Virus record (IMG/VR): IMGVR_UViG_3300031413_000005
Location: 45,430 to 109,429 of that record
DNA: 64,000 nt
Strand: one strand, 5' to 3'
Origin: a virus
Within the stretch, counting starts at the first letter, position 1; every line of letters starts with the position of its first letter. Of the stretch, positions 54,467 to 62,829 are shown one piece after another. Below the pieces are notes generated by a model. The model saw only the letters and a program-made list of their open reading frames with translations. It searched no databases and was not told the origin of the DNA. Both the position numbers and the translations under genes were made by a program.

Positions 54467-54772
54467 ATGGCGTCTTCTCTCGCAATCGGCATCGCGGCCC
54501 GCAAGGCGGCGATCAAGAGCTATAAGGAAGCTCCGCGAGGGAAGACGTTCATCGTCTCCACCCGAGACGAAGCCGAGCGGCAGAGCGACATCGCGTATGA
54601 TGCCGGTCGCTCGGACCTGATTTTCAAAACGAAGGCCGACGTCGAGTGGGAAGCGAAAGCGCAGGAGCGCGCTGACGCAGCGGCAGCAGCGCAGATCGCG
54701 CGCGCCACCCATGACGACGGCTCAATGGTCGCCGAAGGGCACCCGCTCAAGGAATTGGAAGCGACATGGTGA
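54467..54772 (+). CDS. hypothetical protein
   Basis: operon position. Confidence 0.55.
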   Translation: MASSLAIGIAARKAAIKSYKEAPRGKTFIVSTRDEAERQSDIAYDAGRSDLIFKTKADVEWEAKAQERADAAAAAQIARATHDDGSMVAEGHPLKELEATW

Positions 54773-54954
54773 GCACCGAGGCCGTGCAGATTGCGGCCGC
54801 TCTCGAACCGGATGACGGCTGGTATAAGCCGGGCACCGAAGACGTCATCGCGGACGCCGCGCACGAAATGCTCGAAGCCGGCATGCACTCACACCTGATC
54901 GAGGAGCAGCTGGGTTCCGTCGTCAGCGCGATCCGCGCCGAGTTCGGCGAATGA
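54766..54954 (+). CDS. hypothetical protein
   Basis: coupled ORF. Confidence 0.5.
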   Translation: MVSTEAVQIAAALEPDDGWYKPGTEDVIADAAHEMLEAGMHSHLIEEQLGSVVSAIRAEFGE

Positions 54955-55160
54955 CGATCAAGGTCAGCACCAGCCGGCCGATGAAGGTCCGCTACACGAA
55001 CTACCGCGGCGAGACCTCGAACCGCGAGATCCAGGCTCGCGAGATATTCTTCGGCTCGAACGAATACCATCCCGAGCCCCAGTGGCTAATGCGCGGCATC
55101 GACATGGAGCGGTTCGTCGAGCGAGTCTTCGCAATCCGCGACATGGTGCCGCTTGTATGA
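54951..55160 (+). CDS. stand-alone WYL-like domain protein
   Basis: YTNYRGETSNREI...QWLMRGID..R.FA. Confidence 0.6.
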   Translation: MTIKVSTSRPMKVRYTNYRGETSNREIQAREIFFGSNEYHPEPQWLMRGIDMERFVERVFAIRDMVPLV

Positions 55161-55405
55161 GCGTCGAGCAGAGCAAGGCCGACAGTTGGATCGAGACGAT
55201 AATCAATGTCAGCGTCGGCTTTGTGATAAGCCTGGGAACTCAGTGCTTAATCATCGCTCCAGCACTCGGCCTACAAACCAACACCTTCGAGAATGTCGCT
55301 CTTGTTGGGATTTTCACGGTTACCTCGATCGCCCGGCAATACACGCTGCGGCGCGCATTCAACGGTCGGCCTGTCTGGGCAACCATCAAGAGTAAGTTCT
55401 CATGA
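55157..55405 (+). CDS. small membrane protein
   Basis: QSKADSWIE..INV.VG...SIARQY.LRR.FN. Confidence 0.6.
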   Translation: MSVEQSKADSWIETIINVSVGFVISLGTQCLIIAPALGLQTNTFENVALVGIFTVTSIARQYTLRRAFNGRPVWATIKSKFS

Positions 55406-55881
55406 ATCGACTGGTTCTGATGTCCGAGCAGCGCGAGCGCCGCGATCGCTGGACCAAGCGGTGGTTCGACACCTGCAAGCTGTTCGCGTCCTGGTCGAAA
55501 GACCCCAAGCGCGGCGTCGGTGCGGTCATCGTCAACGATCGCAACACCCAGGTAGCGGGCGGCTGGAACGGGCTACCCCGCGGCGTCGATGATCTCCCCG
55601 AGCGGTACGAGCCCGAGGTTAAGAAGATGTGGTGCGAGCACGCGGAGCGCAACGCGATCTACGGCGCGGCATCCGAGGGCATCGCGACCCGCGGCACAAC
55701 GATGTTCAGCATCTACTTCCCCTGCTCGGACTGCGCGCGCGGTATCATTCAGTCGGGCATCGCCCACCTGGTCACGATCGAGCCCGACTGGCTCTACGCA
55801 CCGCGGCAGGAGGATTGGGCGGTCTCGGCACAAATGCTCGCCGAAGCTGATGTCAAAGTGACGTTTGCCCATTGCAATTAG
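55402..55881 (+). CDS. dCMP deaminase
   Basis: SKDP..VGAVIV, GWNGLPRG, HAERNA, PCSDC. Confidence 0.9.
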   Translation: MNRLVLMSEQRERRDRWTKRWFDTCKLFASWSKDPKRGVGAVIVNDRNTQVAGGWNGLPRGVDDLPERYEPEVKKMWCEHAERNAIYGAASEGIATRGTTMFSIYFPCSDCARGIIQSGIAHLVTIEPDWLYAPRQEDWAVSAQMLAEADVKVTFAHCN

Positions 55882-55886
55882 CGGAG

Positions 55887-55910
55887 TGCATGGTAGACGA
55901 CACACATGCA
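55887..55910 (+). repeat. 24-bp dispersed motif
   Basis: tgcatg-gtagacgacaca-catgca (consensus). Confidence 0.9.
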
Positions 55911-55926
55911 CTGACACGAGGATGCA

Positions 55927-56448
55927 ATGCGCTACTTCCTAGACACCGAGTTCAATGACTACGAGGGCGAGCTCATATCGATCGCCCTCGTAGGCGAGGA
56001 CGGCCGCGAGATCTATGTTCAGATCCCCGCCGCTCACGACCAGCTGCTGACCCCTTGGGTCGCAAAGAACGTCACGCCCTACCTGTTGGGCACGCTCGAA
56101 TATCCGGCCCGCCCGATGATGCCGATGCAGCGCAATTCGGCATCGATCGCGATTGGCGCGTTCCTCATGCAGGACCCCGAGCCGATGGTATTGGCCGACC
56201 ACCCAATCGACATCTCGCATCTGTGCCGTCTGCTCGAGCTCGGGCCTGGCAAGGTGTTTCCGCTGCCGGCGCTCCAGTGCGTCTTCGTTGCCGTACCCGA
56301 CTTCAACGTCACGCGTGACAGCAAGGTGCCTCATAACGCGCTCTGGGACGCGCGAGCGCTGCGCGACCACGTCTTGTCGTTCGAGCGGTCGTTCGAAACT
56401 GTCGAAGCGCCCCTGGTCGCTCTCGAAGACGATGCGAGCGGTGACTGA
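55927..56448 (+). CDS. DEDDh 3'-5' exonuclease
   Basis: FLDTEF, LISIALV, HNALWDA. Confidence 0.8.
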   Translation: MRYFLDTEFNDYEGELISIALVGEDGREIYVQIPAAHDQLLTPWVAKNVTPYLLGTLEYPARPMMPMQRNSASIAIGAFLMQDPEPMVLADHPIDISHLCRLLELGPGKVFPLPALQCVFVAVPDFNVTRDSKVPHNALWDARALRDHVLSFERSFETVEAPLVALEDDASGD

Positions 56449-56449
56449 C

Positions 56450-56665
56450 ATGGCGGCTCCCGAGAAAATGACCGGCCCAGAGGCGTTTCGTCTGGCGCGC
56501 GTTGCGCTTGCGCAGGTCCACCCGATGGAGCTCGCGATCGTCGCCGACGTCAGCTGCATGATCCCCAAAGATCGCCATCCGAACGGCTTGGCGAAGCGGG
56601 CTGACGATCAGCGAGCGGCAGACGCTTACAACTGGCTCGCTGGCGCACACCAAGGAGGCCGCTGA
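56450..56665 (+). CDS. hypothetical protein
   Basis: operon position. Confidence 0.45.
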   Translation: MAAPEKMTGPEAFRLARVALAQVHPMELAIVADVSCMIPKDRHPNGLAKRADDQRAADAYNWLAGAHQGGR

Positions 56666-56666
56666 C

Positions 56667-56888
56667 ATGACGAAGACCGGTCAGATCCGCGACCAGGTGC
56701 TCGAAGCTATCCGTGCGATGGGTAGCGAGGGCCTGACGACCAACGAGTGCGCAATGCTGCTCGACATCGACAAGGGCACGGTCCAGCCGCGCACGTCCGA
56801 GCTGCGCGCGGAGTTCTCGATCATCGACAGCGGCGCGCGACGCCGGAACGAGAGCGGCAAGAACGCGATCGTCTGGACCGTCCGGTGA
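56667..56888 (+). CDS. winged-helix protein
   Basis: GLTTNEC...TVQPRTSEL...DSG.RR...SGK.AIVW. Confidence 0.65.
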   Translation: MTKTGQIRDQVLEAIRAMGSEGLTTNECAMLLDIDKGTVQPRTSELRAEFSIIDSGARRRNESGKNAIVWTVR

Positions 56889-57009
56889 TCCGGCTGGTCT
56901 ACCGTCTCGCCGGCTGGTTCTGGCGATCGTCAGCGCTGAGCGGCGCGACGGTCGGCCCCTACCCTTCCGCGCGGCTCGCTGCGATCGACGCCTACCAGGT
57001 CGGGGGCCA

Positions 57010-57351
57010 GTGGTGAGTATCTTCGCTACCCCCTACGAAACCCCGTCACGCGAAAACCCGGCCGACGACATCGACGAGATCCTGAAGATCGTCGAGGAGA
57101 ACGAGCGGCTGAAGAACCCCGAGGTTCTGTGGCCTGGCGACGTCAGCGACTTCGAGAAGATCGACACGCTCGGAACGAACCTGAAGGCGTTTCGCGAGCT
57201 CTACGAGACCGAGCTTCGCATGTCTCCTCTGTTGCCGATGCCGAAGCCCGAGCCGATCGACAGCCATCGGTCCGACGCATGGCGCTACGCCTTCGGTATG
57301 GGCGTTCAGGTGCGCCTGCCGAACTCGATGATGAGCATCCTTGGCGCATGA
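57010..57351 (+). CDS. hypothetical protein
   Basis: coupled ORF. Confidence 0.5.
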   Translation: MVSIFATPYETPSRENPADDIDEILKIVEENERLKNPEVLWPGDVSDFEKIDTLGTNLKAFRELYETELRMSPLLPMPKPEPIDSHRSDAWRYAFGMGVQVRLPNSMMSILGA

Positions 57352-57767
57352 GGAACATTCGCCTTCTCGTCAGCGGCGGTCGAAAGTTCGACGACGATCG
57401 CGAGCTCGATCGCGTCCTGTCGGCCATCCACGCCAAGCTCGTGATCGAGTATCTGATCCAGGGCGAAGCGCCCGGCGCGGACACGCTCGCCAAAGGCTGG
57501 GCGCACTCGAAGAAGATCGCGGTCAGCGACGGCGACTATCCCGCGAATTGGGACCTCTACGGCGGTCGCGCAGGACTGCGTCGCAACCAGCTGATGCTCG
57601 ACGACGGCCGACCGGACTTCGCGGTGTGCTTCCCGGGCGGTGACGGCACCGCCGACATGCGCCGTCGTCTCGTGGCCTACGGCAACCCCTTCATGTGGGC
57701 GAAGGCCCATCCCGTCATCTCAATGGGCGTCCCCGTGCGCCCGATCTACGAATGGATCCGAATGTGA
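57348..57767 (+). CDS. SLOG/YspA-like (DUF2493) protein
   Basis: LLVSGGR, QGEAPGAD, ANW..YG..AG.RRN..ML, FPGG.GT.DM. Confidence 0.8.
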   Translation: MRNIRLLVSGGRKFDDDRELDRVLSAIHAKLVIEYLIQGEAPGADTLAKGWAHSKKIAVSDGDYPANWDLYGGRAGLRRNQLMLDDGRPDFAVCFPGGDGTADMRRRLVAYGNPFMWAKAHPVISMGVPVRPIYEWIRM

Positions 57768-58075
57768 CCTATCGCCATACCTCCAACGGTTTGATTCAGC
57801 CCAAGGACGGCGCGCTGACCGTCAACGAATGCCACACCCTGCTCGGCTTCCAGACCGACAGCTGGGAGCCCGCACCGATGATCCGCGGCCGGCGCCGCAC
57901 CCAAGACTGCCTGGAAATGGTCAAACGCGGCGTCCTGACCGAGAAGCCCGGGACGGTAGGCGCTCGCCGCTACAAGGTGACCGAGCTCGGCATCCAGCTG
58001 CACGCCCAGCTCGAGCGTGTGCTCGCCGCGGTGAAGCAGGTGACCGAGGAACGCGCTCAGGAGCGCGCAGCATGA
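57764..58075 (+). CDS. hypothetical protein (winged-helix-like)
   Basis: GTGA coupling; YKVTELG. Confidence 0.45.
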   Translation: MTYRHTSNGLIQPKDGALTVNECHTLLGFQTDSWEPAPMIRGRRRTQDCLEMVKRGVLTEKPGTVGARRYKVTELGIQLHAQLERVLAAVKQVTEERAQERAA

Positions 58076-58290
58076 TGATCCGCACCGGAGACGTCGTCGG
58101 CTTCAGCGTGCCCTACCAGGCGCTCGACGGCTCGCAGCGCACCCGCACGGTCTGGGGTCGCATCACGATCATGTGGAGCCAGGTGCCCGGCGCAGTGGTC
58201 CCGCTGACCGTCGAGCTCATCCACGAGCCCGGCAAGACGATGTGGGTCGCGTGGGGCAGCATCCACACGGTCCTGAACAACGCCCGATGA
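58072..58290 (+). CDS. hypothetical protein
   Basis: ATGA coupling. Confidence 0.45.
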   Translation: MMIRTGDVVGFSVPYQALDGSQRTRTVWGRITIMWSQVPGAVVPLTVELIHEPGKTMWVAWGSIHTVLNNAR

Positions 58291-58511
58291 GTCTCGCCGA
58301 CCTATGCGACTGCGGTGCGCCGGCCTCGATGTGCGGAGGCTCCTGCGAGCCAAAGCCCGCCTACAAGGTCGGCGACCTCTGTCCTGCCAAATGCGGAGCA
58401 AGGCTCGGATCTTGGTTCGCGAAATCTGGCCGCTGCGACTGGTGCGGTGGTGACCCTGTAACTGGAGAGCCCGCGCAGCTTGTCGCCGCCTCCGAGGAGA
58501 TGTTGCTTTGA
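58287..58511 (+). CDS. Cys-rich small protein
   Basis: 8 Cys in 74 aa. Confidence 0.45.
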   Translation: MSLADLCDCGAPASMCGGSCEPKPAYKVGDLCPAKCGARLGSWFAKSGRCDWCGGDPVTGEPAQLVAASEEMLL

Positions 58512-58726
58512 ATATCATCAAGCCCGGCAACCTGCCCCAGGACGCCATCTACCGGGCGACGTGCTCCAGCTGCGAAGCGGTCTACGAGTTCGCCCGGCAC
58601 GAAGCGCGGTTCTCGACCGATCAGCGTGACGGCGATGCCCTCATCACCAGATGCCCGACGCCAGGATGCGGCAAGGAGAACTGGATCAACCCGAACCCCA
58701 AGCGCGGGAGCCAGTGGGACCGATGA
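58508..58726 (+). CDS. Zn-ribbon small protein
   Basis: CSSC...DQRDG...CPTPGC. Confidence 0.6.
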   Translation: MNIIKPGNLPQDAIYRATCSSCEAVYEFARHEARFSTDQRDGDALITRCPTPGCGKENWINPNPKRGSQWDR

Positions 58727-58953
58727 AAGCCCATCTCCTCGCCGGCACCGCGCCGCGCACCGTCCCGCCCTATCGGCCGCACCCGGTTCTGAAGAAGGCT
58801 CGCCAGGTGGAATCGGTCCAGCAGATGACGCAAGCCCTCCACAACGTCGGAGTGGCGGCTATGGCGACCGGCGTAGCTCTCAAGTCGGTGGTCGAGGCCA
58901 TCAACCTCCAGCAGATCGCACTGGCGCAGCGCCGCGCTATGAGGATGGGCTGA
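58723..58953 (+). CDS. hypothetical protein
   Basis: ATGA coupling. Confidence 0.45.
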   Translation: MKAHLLAGTAPRTVPPYRPHPVLKKARQVESVQQMTQALHNVGVAAMATGVALKSVVEAINLQQIALAQRRAMRMG

Positions 58954-59138
58954 CCGCTCCTTCCACCGTCGTAGCGGGTCTCTTGCCGTCGTAGCGGGCA
59001 TACTGTAACGCATCGCGTTACAGGCGGCGCGGTGGAATAAACCGACTTTCCCGCTACTCAGACACCACAAACTCAACCATTTGTTGACTCGGTGCGTTAT
59101 ACGATCATACGCTCAGTTCGCCAGGAAGGAGATGAACC

Positions 59139-59285
59139 ATGGCTACTCAGCTCGTCGTAGTTGCTCCTCGTAGTGGGCGCACCAAGAAAACCGCTCGACC
59201 CATGCAGACGCGCGTCTCCGCTGCGAGCGTGGTTGATCGTCTCTACGATCGCTTCGGACCGGACATGGCGCGTCTCGCTGAATGA
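59139..59285 (+). CDS. putative antitoxin (48 aa)
   Basis: AAGGAG RBS, TTGACT-18-TACGCT promoter, C-term VVDRLYDRFGPDMARLAE, ATGA overlap with the toxin; not in the ORF track. Confidence 0.6.
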   Translation: MATQLVVVAPRSGRTKKTARPMQTRVSAASVVDRLYDRFGPDMARLAE

Positions 59286-59863
59286 TCTCAACCCCGTTGT
59301 GGGTGACAGTGGATGAGGTGGTCGACCTCAACCGGCACGTCATCGCCAAGTCACCCATTATCGGCGAACCATTCGGCCTGACCGATCCGGCAGCATTAGG
59401 CTCCGCGGTTGCACGACCCATCCAGCATTTCAATTACGGCCCCGAGGATACCCAGGATGACCTGGTGCTCCTTGGGGCTAAGCTGTGCATTGGCATCAGC
59501 GAGGCACAGGCTTTTCGGCAAGGCAACAAGCGCACCGGCTTTGCCGCCATGGAGATGTTCTTCAACCTCAACTCATACGAGATCTCGCATGCGGCGGTCG
59601 GCCAGGTAGCCGAGCTTATCATGCGGTCCGCTCATCCAGATCACGCACAGCGGATCGATGACGAGGAGTTTGCCGAAGGTCTCGACCCCTATGTCGTGGA
59701 TTTCAACGACACGATCACGATGGGCGGCTTGGTCAGCGCTGGCAAGATGAGCCAGATTGCCTTGGCGCTAAGCGGGGTCACCGTCCAAGGCGTGACGATA
59801 GCGGAGATACTCAACCCGCCCAAGTGGACGAGCTTGGGGCTTAACCGCGAAGACGATGCGTAA
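59282..59863 (+). CDS. Fic/Doc-family toxin (variant motif)
   Basis: LGSAVARP, AQAFRQGNKRTG. Confidence 0.75.
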   Translation: MISTPLWVTVDEVVDLNRHVIAKSPIIGEPFGLTDPAALGSAVARPIQHFNYGPEDTQDDLVLLGAKLCIGISEAQAFRQGNKRTGFAAMEMFFNLNSYEISHAAVGQVAELIMRSAHPDHAQRIDDEEFAEGLDPYVVDFNDTITMGGLVSAGKMSQIALALSGVTVQGVTIAEILNPPKWTSLGLNREDDA

Positions 59864-60143
59864 GGCGCTTCAGATCGGCGTCTGACTGCGGCCCCCAGCG
59901 CGGAAACGACTTCGGCGTCGATCGATCGCACGGCCTGAAGCGGCCAGCGCCGCGCGTCCGACACCGCGAACACCGGAAGTGCCTGCCGCAGATCTCGAGC
60001 GAGTCAGGCCATCGGTGGACGTTGAACCACACATAGCAGATCGACGCCGCCACCACCCCGGTATGCCCGCACCGGCACGAGACGTGAATGTCGCAGTCGT
60101 GCCGCACGAAGTCGTAGATCCGGTGGAAGGTCTTGTTGCCCAT
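59841..60143 (-). CDS. Zn-binding hypothetical protein
   Basis: CRCGH...FRCSRC. Confidence 0.5.
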   Translation of the reverse strand: MGNKTFHRIYDFVRHDCDIHVSCRCGHTGVVAASICYVWFNVHRWPDSLEICGRHFRCSRCRTRGAGRFRPCDRSTPKSFPRWGPQSDADLKRLTHRLRG

Positions 60144-60224
60144 CGCCGGAACATAGCAGGAACGAGGACCACCTCAAGGCCGCAGGCCATAGCCAGCGGG
60201 GTAGTCACTTTTGCGAACGCGTCG

Positions 60225-60416
60225 TCAGGCGTGTCGCGTGATGTTCAGGGTGAGCCCGTTGCGGCGCGATCGGTAGAGGAAATTGCCACGCTGGTTCACG
60301 TTGTAGAGGCTCGCGCGATACGCGTTCAGCGCCTTCTCGGTCATGAAGCGCAGGTCGATCGAAGGGGCTACGCTCAACGTGAGGTGCAGCTGGGCGGGGG
60401 TGACTGGACGGGACAT
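60225..60416 (-). CDS. hypothetical protein
   Basis: AGGAG RBS; 24-bp motif upstream. Confidence 0.5.
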   Translation of the reverse strand: MSRPVTPAQLHLTLSVAPSIDLRFMTEKALNAYRASLYNVNQRGNFLYRSRRNGLTLNITRHA

Positions 60417-60439
60417 AATGCACTCCTGACAACACAAAG

Positions 60440-60463
60440 TCGGTGTGTGTGGTCTAGCATGCG
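60440..60463 (-). repeat. 24-bp dispersed motif
   Basis: tcggtg-tgtgtggtctag-catgcg. Confidence 0.6.
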
Positions 60464-60807
60464 TGCGCGTGGGTGCAAGCGGCGCCCGGCTGGCACCAGC
60501 TATCCCAGGTGTCGGAGGATGGCGTGGAGCCTCTGTGACAGCGGTTCGCGGATGGCGTGCATGTCGGGATCAGCTGGGGGCGTGGGAGCAGCGCATCGGA
60601 GGATGGGTCGGGGACGGGGAATGCGCTGGGGGCAGCGGGCTTCGCGGGGGCAGCGCATTGGCTGGGGCAGCGGGGGCGCGAGGGAGCGCGTGGCATACCG
60701 GAGGATGGCTGGGGCGTGGAAATCACCGGCCGATAGGCGGCATCCGGGTCCCAGGAGAAAAAATAAATTTAGGACTTCGAGTCGGTGTGTTGACACTTGT
60801 CGGAGGT

Positions 60808-60841
60808 AAACCGCGCGAACCGTAAGTGATTCGCGCGGTTT
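60808..60841 (-). terminator. hairpin terminator
   Basis: AAACCGCGCGAA...TTCGCGCGGTTT just after the 60848 stop. Confidence 0.65.
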
Positions 60842-60847
60842 GTTTCG

Positions 60848-61786
60848 TTACGCTGCGACCGTTGCTTGCGTCATGTAGCGAGCGCGGAACAGGTTAAAGA
60901 AACCATGATCCCGATTGATTGCGATACCGCCCCGCGCATGGTCAACCGTGACGATCGAGGCAAGGCCCAGCACGTCTAGCACGTTGCGCACCTGCGACGA
61001 CTGAGTGTCACGCCCACCGCTCATGAACTTGTGCTGATAGTCTTTAAGGTAGCTTGCAAGGTCAGCGTCAGACACAAGCTTGTCAAAGCTTGCGTTAGAC
61101 AAGAATGCCTTATTGACCTTGTTACCAATCGCGTTTGCATCCTTATCAGCTACTGCGACCGCGCAAGCAATGAATGCCTTAGAGACCGACTGAAAGCGCG
61201 CTGCATTACCGCAAATGAACATGCAAAGCTCCGTCACCTTGTCGAGACCTTTAGCGGTGAACTCATTCGACGACACTACCTTGCGACGGATCACGTTCAC
61301 CGGATCGACGCCCAGAACGATAAAGCCCCGTGCGACCGCGTTTGCGTTGTTCATCATGAACGTGCGGGCCTTAGCGTAAGAGGTCGACCGGTCTGCGAGG
61401 TCGAGACCGCGCGAAGCTTCGAAAGCGTCGCGAGCGTCAAAGGTTGCCTGAATGCGTGCGACCATAGCGTCCACGTCGGTCTGCGAGACCGCTAGAGCGC
61501 GATCACGCAAGTTTGCGGTATCTGCATCGGTCGCAGTGTCGAGCGTTGCCAGAACCGCGTCCACGTCGACCGTTTCGGCATTCGGTGCGATGCTTGCCAG
61601 AACCGCGTCAATGTCCACCGGTGCGAGGTCGCTCGATACATCTGCGATCAAGGCGAGCGAGGTGGATGCAATATCCTTAGCGACCGTCAGGCCATGCTTG
61701 TTTGCGTAGCGCGTCGCGGAACCTGCATTCTTGAAGCTGCGAACCGAAACAGAACCGTTAGCTGCGACGAGATTGAAATCGAACAT
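60848..61786 (-). CDS. hypothetical protein (312 aa, atypical composition)
   Basis: own promoter, TGAAAGGT RBS and terminator; internal VD.DAVLA repeat. Confidence 0.75.
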   Translation of the reverse strand: MFDFNLVAANGSVSVRSFKNAGSATRYANKHGLTVAKDIASTSLALIADVSSDLAPVDIDAVLASIAPNAETVDVDAVLATLDTATDADTANLRDRALAVSQTDVDAMVARIQATFDARDAFEASRGLDLADRSTSYAKARTFMMNNANAVARGFIVLGVDPVNVIRRKVVSSNEFTAKGLDKVTELCMFICGNAARFQSVSKAFIACAVAVADKDANAIGNKVNKAFLSNASFDKLVSDADLASYLKDYQHKFMSGGRDTQSSQVRNVLDVLGLASIVTVDHARGGIAINRDHGFFNLFRARYMTQATVAA

Positions 61787-61852
61787 TTTAAGACCTTTCA
61801 TGTGTTGCGCTTGCTACCTCTAGCTTGCGACCGCTTGTCGGTTAAACCGTTG

Positions 61853-62090
61853 CGGTGACATCTTTAGAGGAGCTTTCTGACCGATTCGCAAGGACTAAAA
61901 ACCCGCAGAAAACCGCGATTTTTGAAGATTCTTTGTCCCGGTTTGCGACCTAATCGACGAATCAGCGAGTCGATTTACCGATTCGGCGATTCGCAATGTC
62001 ACGAATCTACCTGGTCTATTTGTGTCATTCTCTAATGATGCGTGTGTGTGGTTGACTCTGCATCTAATCGGTCCTCTAACAGTGTCACCG
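61853..62090. promoter_or_regulatory. twin divergent promoters
   Basis: CTTGCG-17-CTCTAA (minus) and GTTGAC-17-CTCTAA (plus), both followed by NNNTGTCACCG. Confidence 0.6.
62039..62062 (-). repeat. 24-bp dispersed motif
   Basis: tgcgtg-tgtgtggttgac-tctgca. Confidence 0.7.
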
Positions 62091-62130
62091 GTCGAGAGGT
62101 CGACTCGGTTGCTTTGAAAGGTTCCACACG

Positions 62131-62268
62131 ATGCGCTCTTTCCTGATACTCGCAAACGTCGCTTTAAAGCTGACGATCGCCGCAGCGTTCGCGCATGACG
62201 GCGACGCGGTTGCCGCTCTGACGTTCGTCGCGCTCGCGCCCGTCTCCAGCATGTTGATCGCACGCTAA
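62131..62268 (+). CDS. 45-aa hydrophobic peptide
   Basis: TGAAAGGT RBS; MRSFLILANVALKLTIAAA... Confidence 0.5.
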   Translation: MRSFLILANVALKLTIAAAFAHDGDAVAALTFVALAPVSSMLIAR

Positions 62269-62375
62269 TGGGCGCGCTCGTCACGCTCGGATCGATCGCC
62301 GTGGCAGGTGTGGTCGCATCCCCGTTCCTCGCGCGTGCTGCCGAGCGCATCCGCGAGATCCACCGGTCCCTCTAA
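62268..62375 (+). CDS. 35-aa single-TM peptide
   Basis: TAATG coupling; MGALVTLGSIAVAGVVASPFL... Confidence 0.45.
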   Translation: MGALVTLGSIAVAGVVASPFLARAAERIREIHRSL

Positions 62376-62444
62376 CCCCCACGCGCTCCCAAGCGACCCG
62401 AGGCGTCCCCGCAACCGCGGTGGGCGCCTTTTCGCGTGGCCGGC

Positions 62445-62625
62445 GCACTCCCATGGCTTCCCGTGACAAAAGCGCTCCCGTGGCCCGCTGCTCACCGCCC
62501 CAGCCGTATATACGCCGTGCCACCTCGGTAGCCGTACTCGGACGCTCCCATGGGCGCCCACCGGTCCAGCCGTACTCGGGAAGCGCCACATCGGCTCCCG
62601 TACTCCGCGGGCTCCCATGGCGTGC
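62445..62625. repeat. cluster of CTCCCRT / CCATGG / CCGTACTC motifs
   Basis: multiple short copies in non-coding DNA. Confidence 0.55.
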
Positions 62626-62694
62626 CAATCCGATGAGCGAAAGAGAGGGGGCGCGCGGCCCCGGTGTGGGATCATTCCCCTCTCTCGTGTTGGC

Positions 62695-62829
62695 TTACTT
62701 CGATCGGCGTGACCCCTTTCTGCGTGCCCAGCGTGCGTGCCGTGCTTCCCGCTCTGGTGTGGCATCCCCGAATGCGAGATCGAGGAAGGTGATGGCGCTG
62801 GCTGCGCGCTTGAGCTCGCGACGGCTCAT
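62695..62829 (-). CDS. 44-aa basic peptide
   Basis: ATGA coupling to the 62826-63011 ORF. Confidence 0.4.
   Translation of the reverse strand: MSRRELKRAASAITFLDLAFGDATPEREARHARWARRKGSRRSK

Noticed and set aside
58960-59025. 13-bp direct repeat CCGTCGTAGCGGG and adjacent hairpin
   Set aside because: Only two copies; most simply part of an operon-end/terminator region.
476-62062. 24-bp motif as integron attC sites or CRISPR repeats
   Set aside because: Too short, lacks RYYYAAC/GTTRRRY ends, is dispersed, borders essential structural genes, and no integrase or cas gene is in the window.
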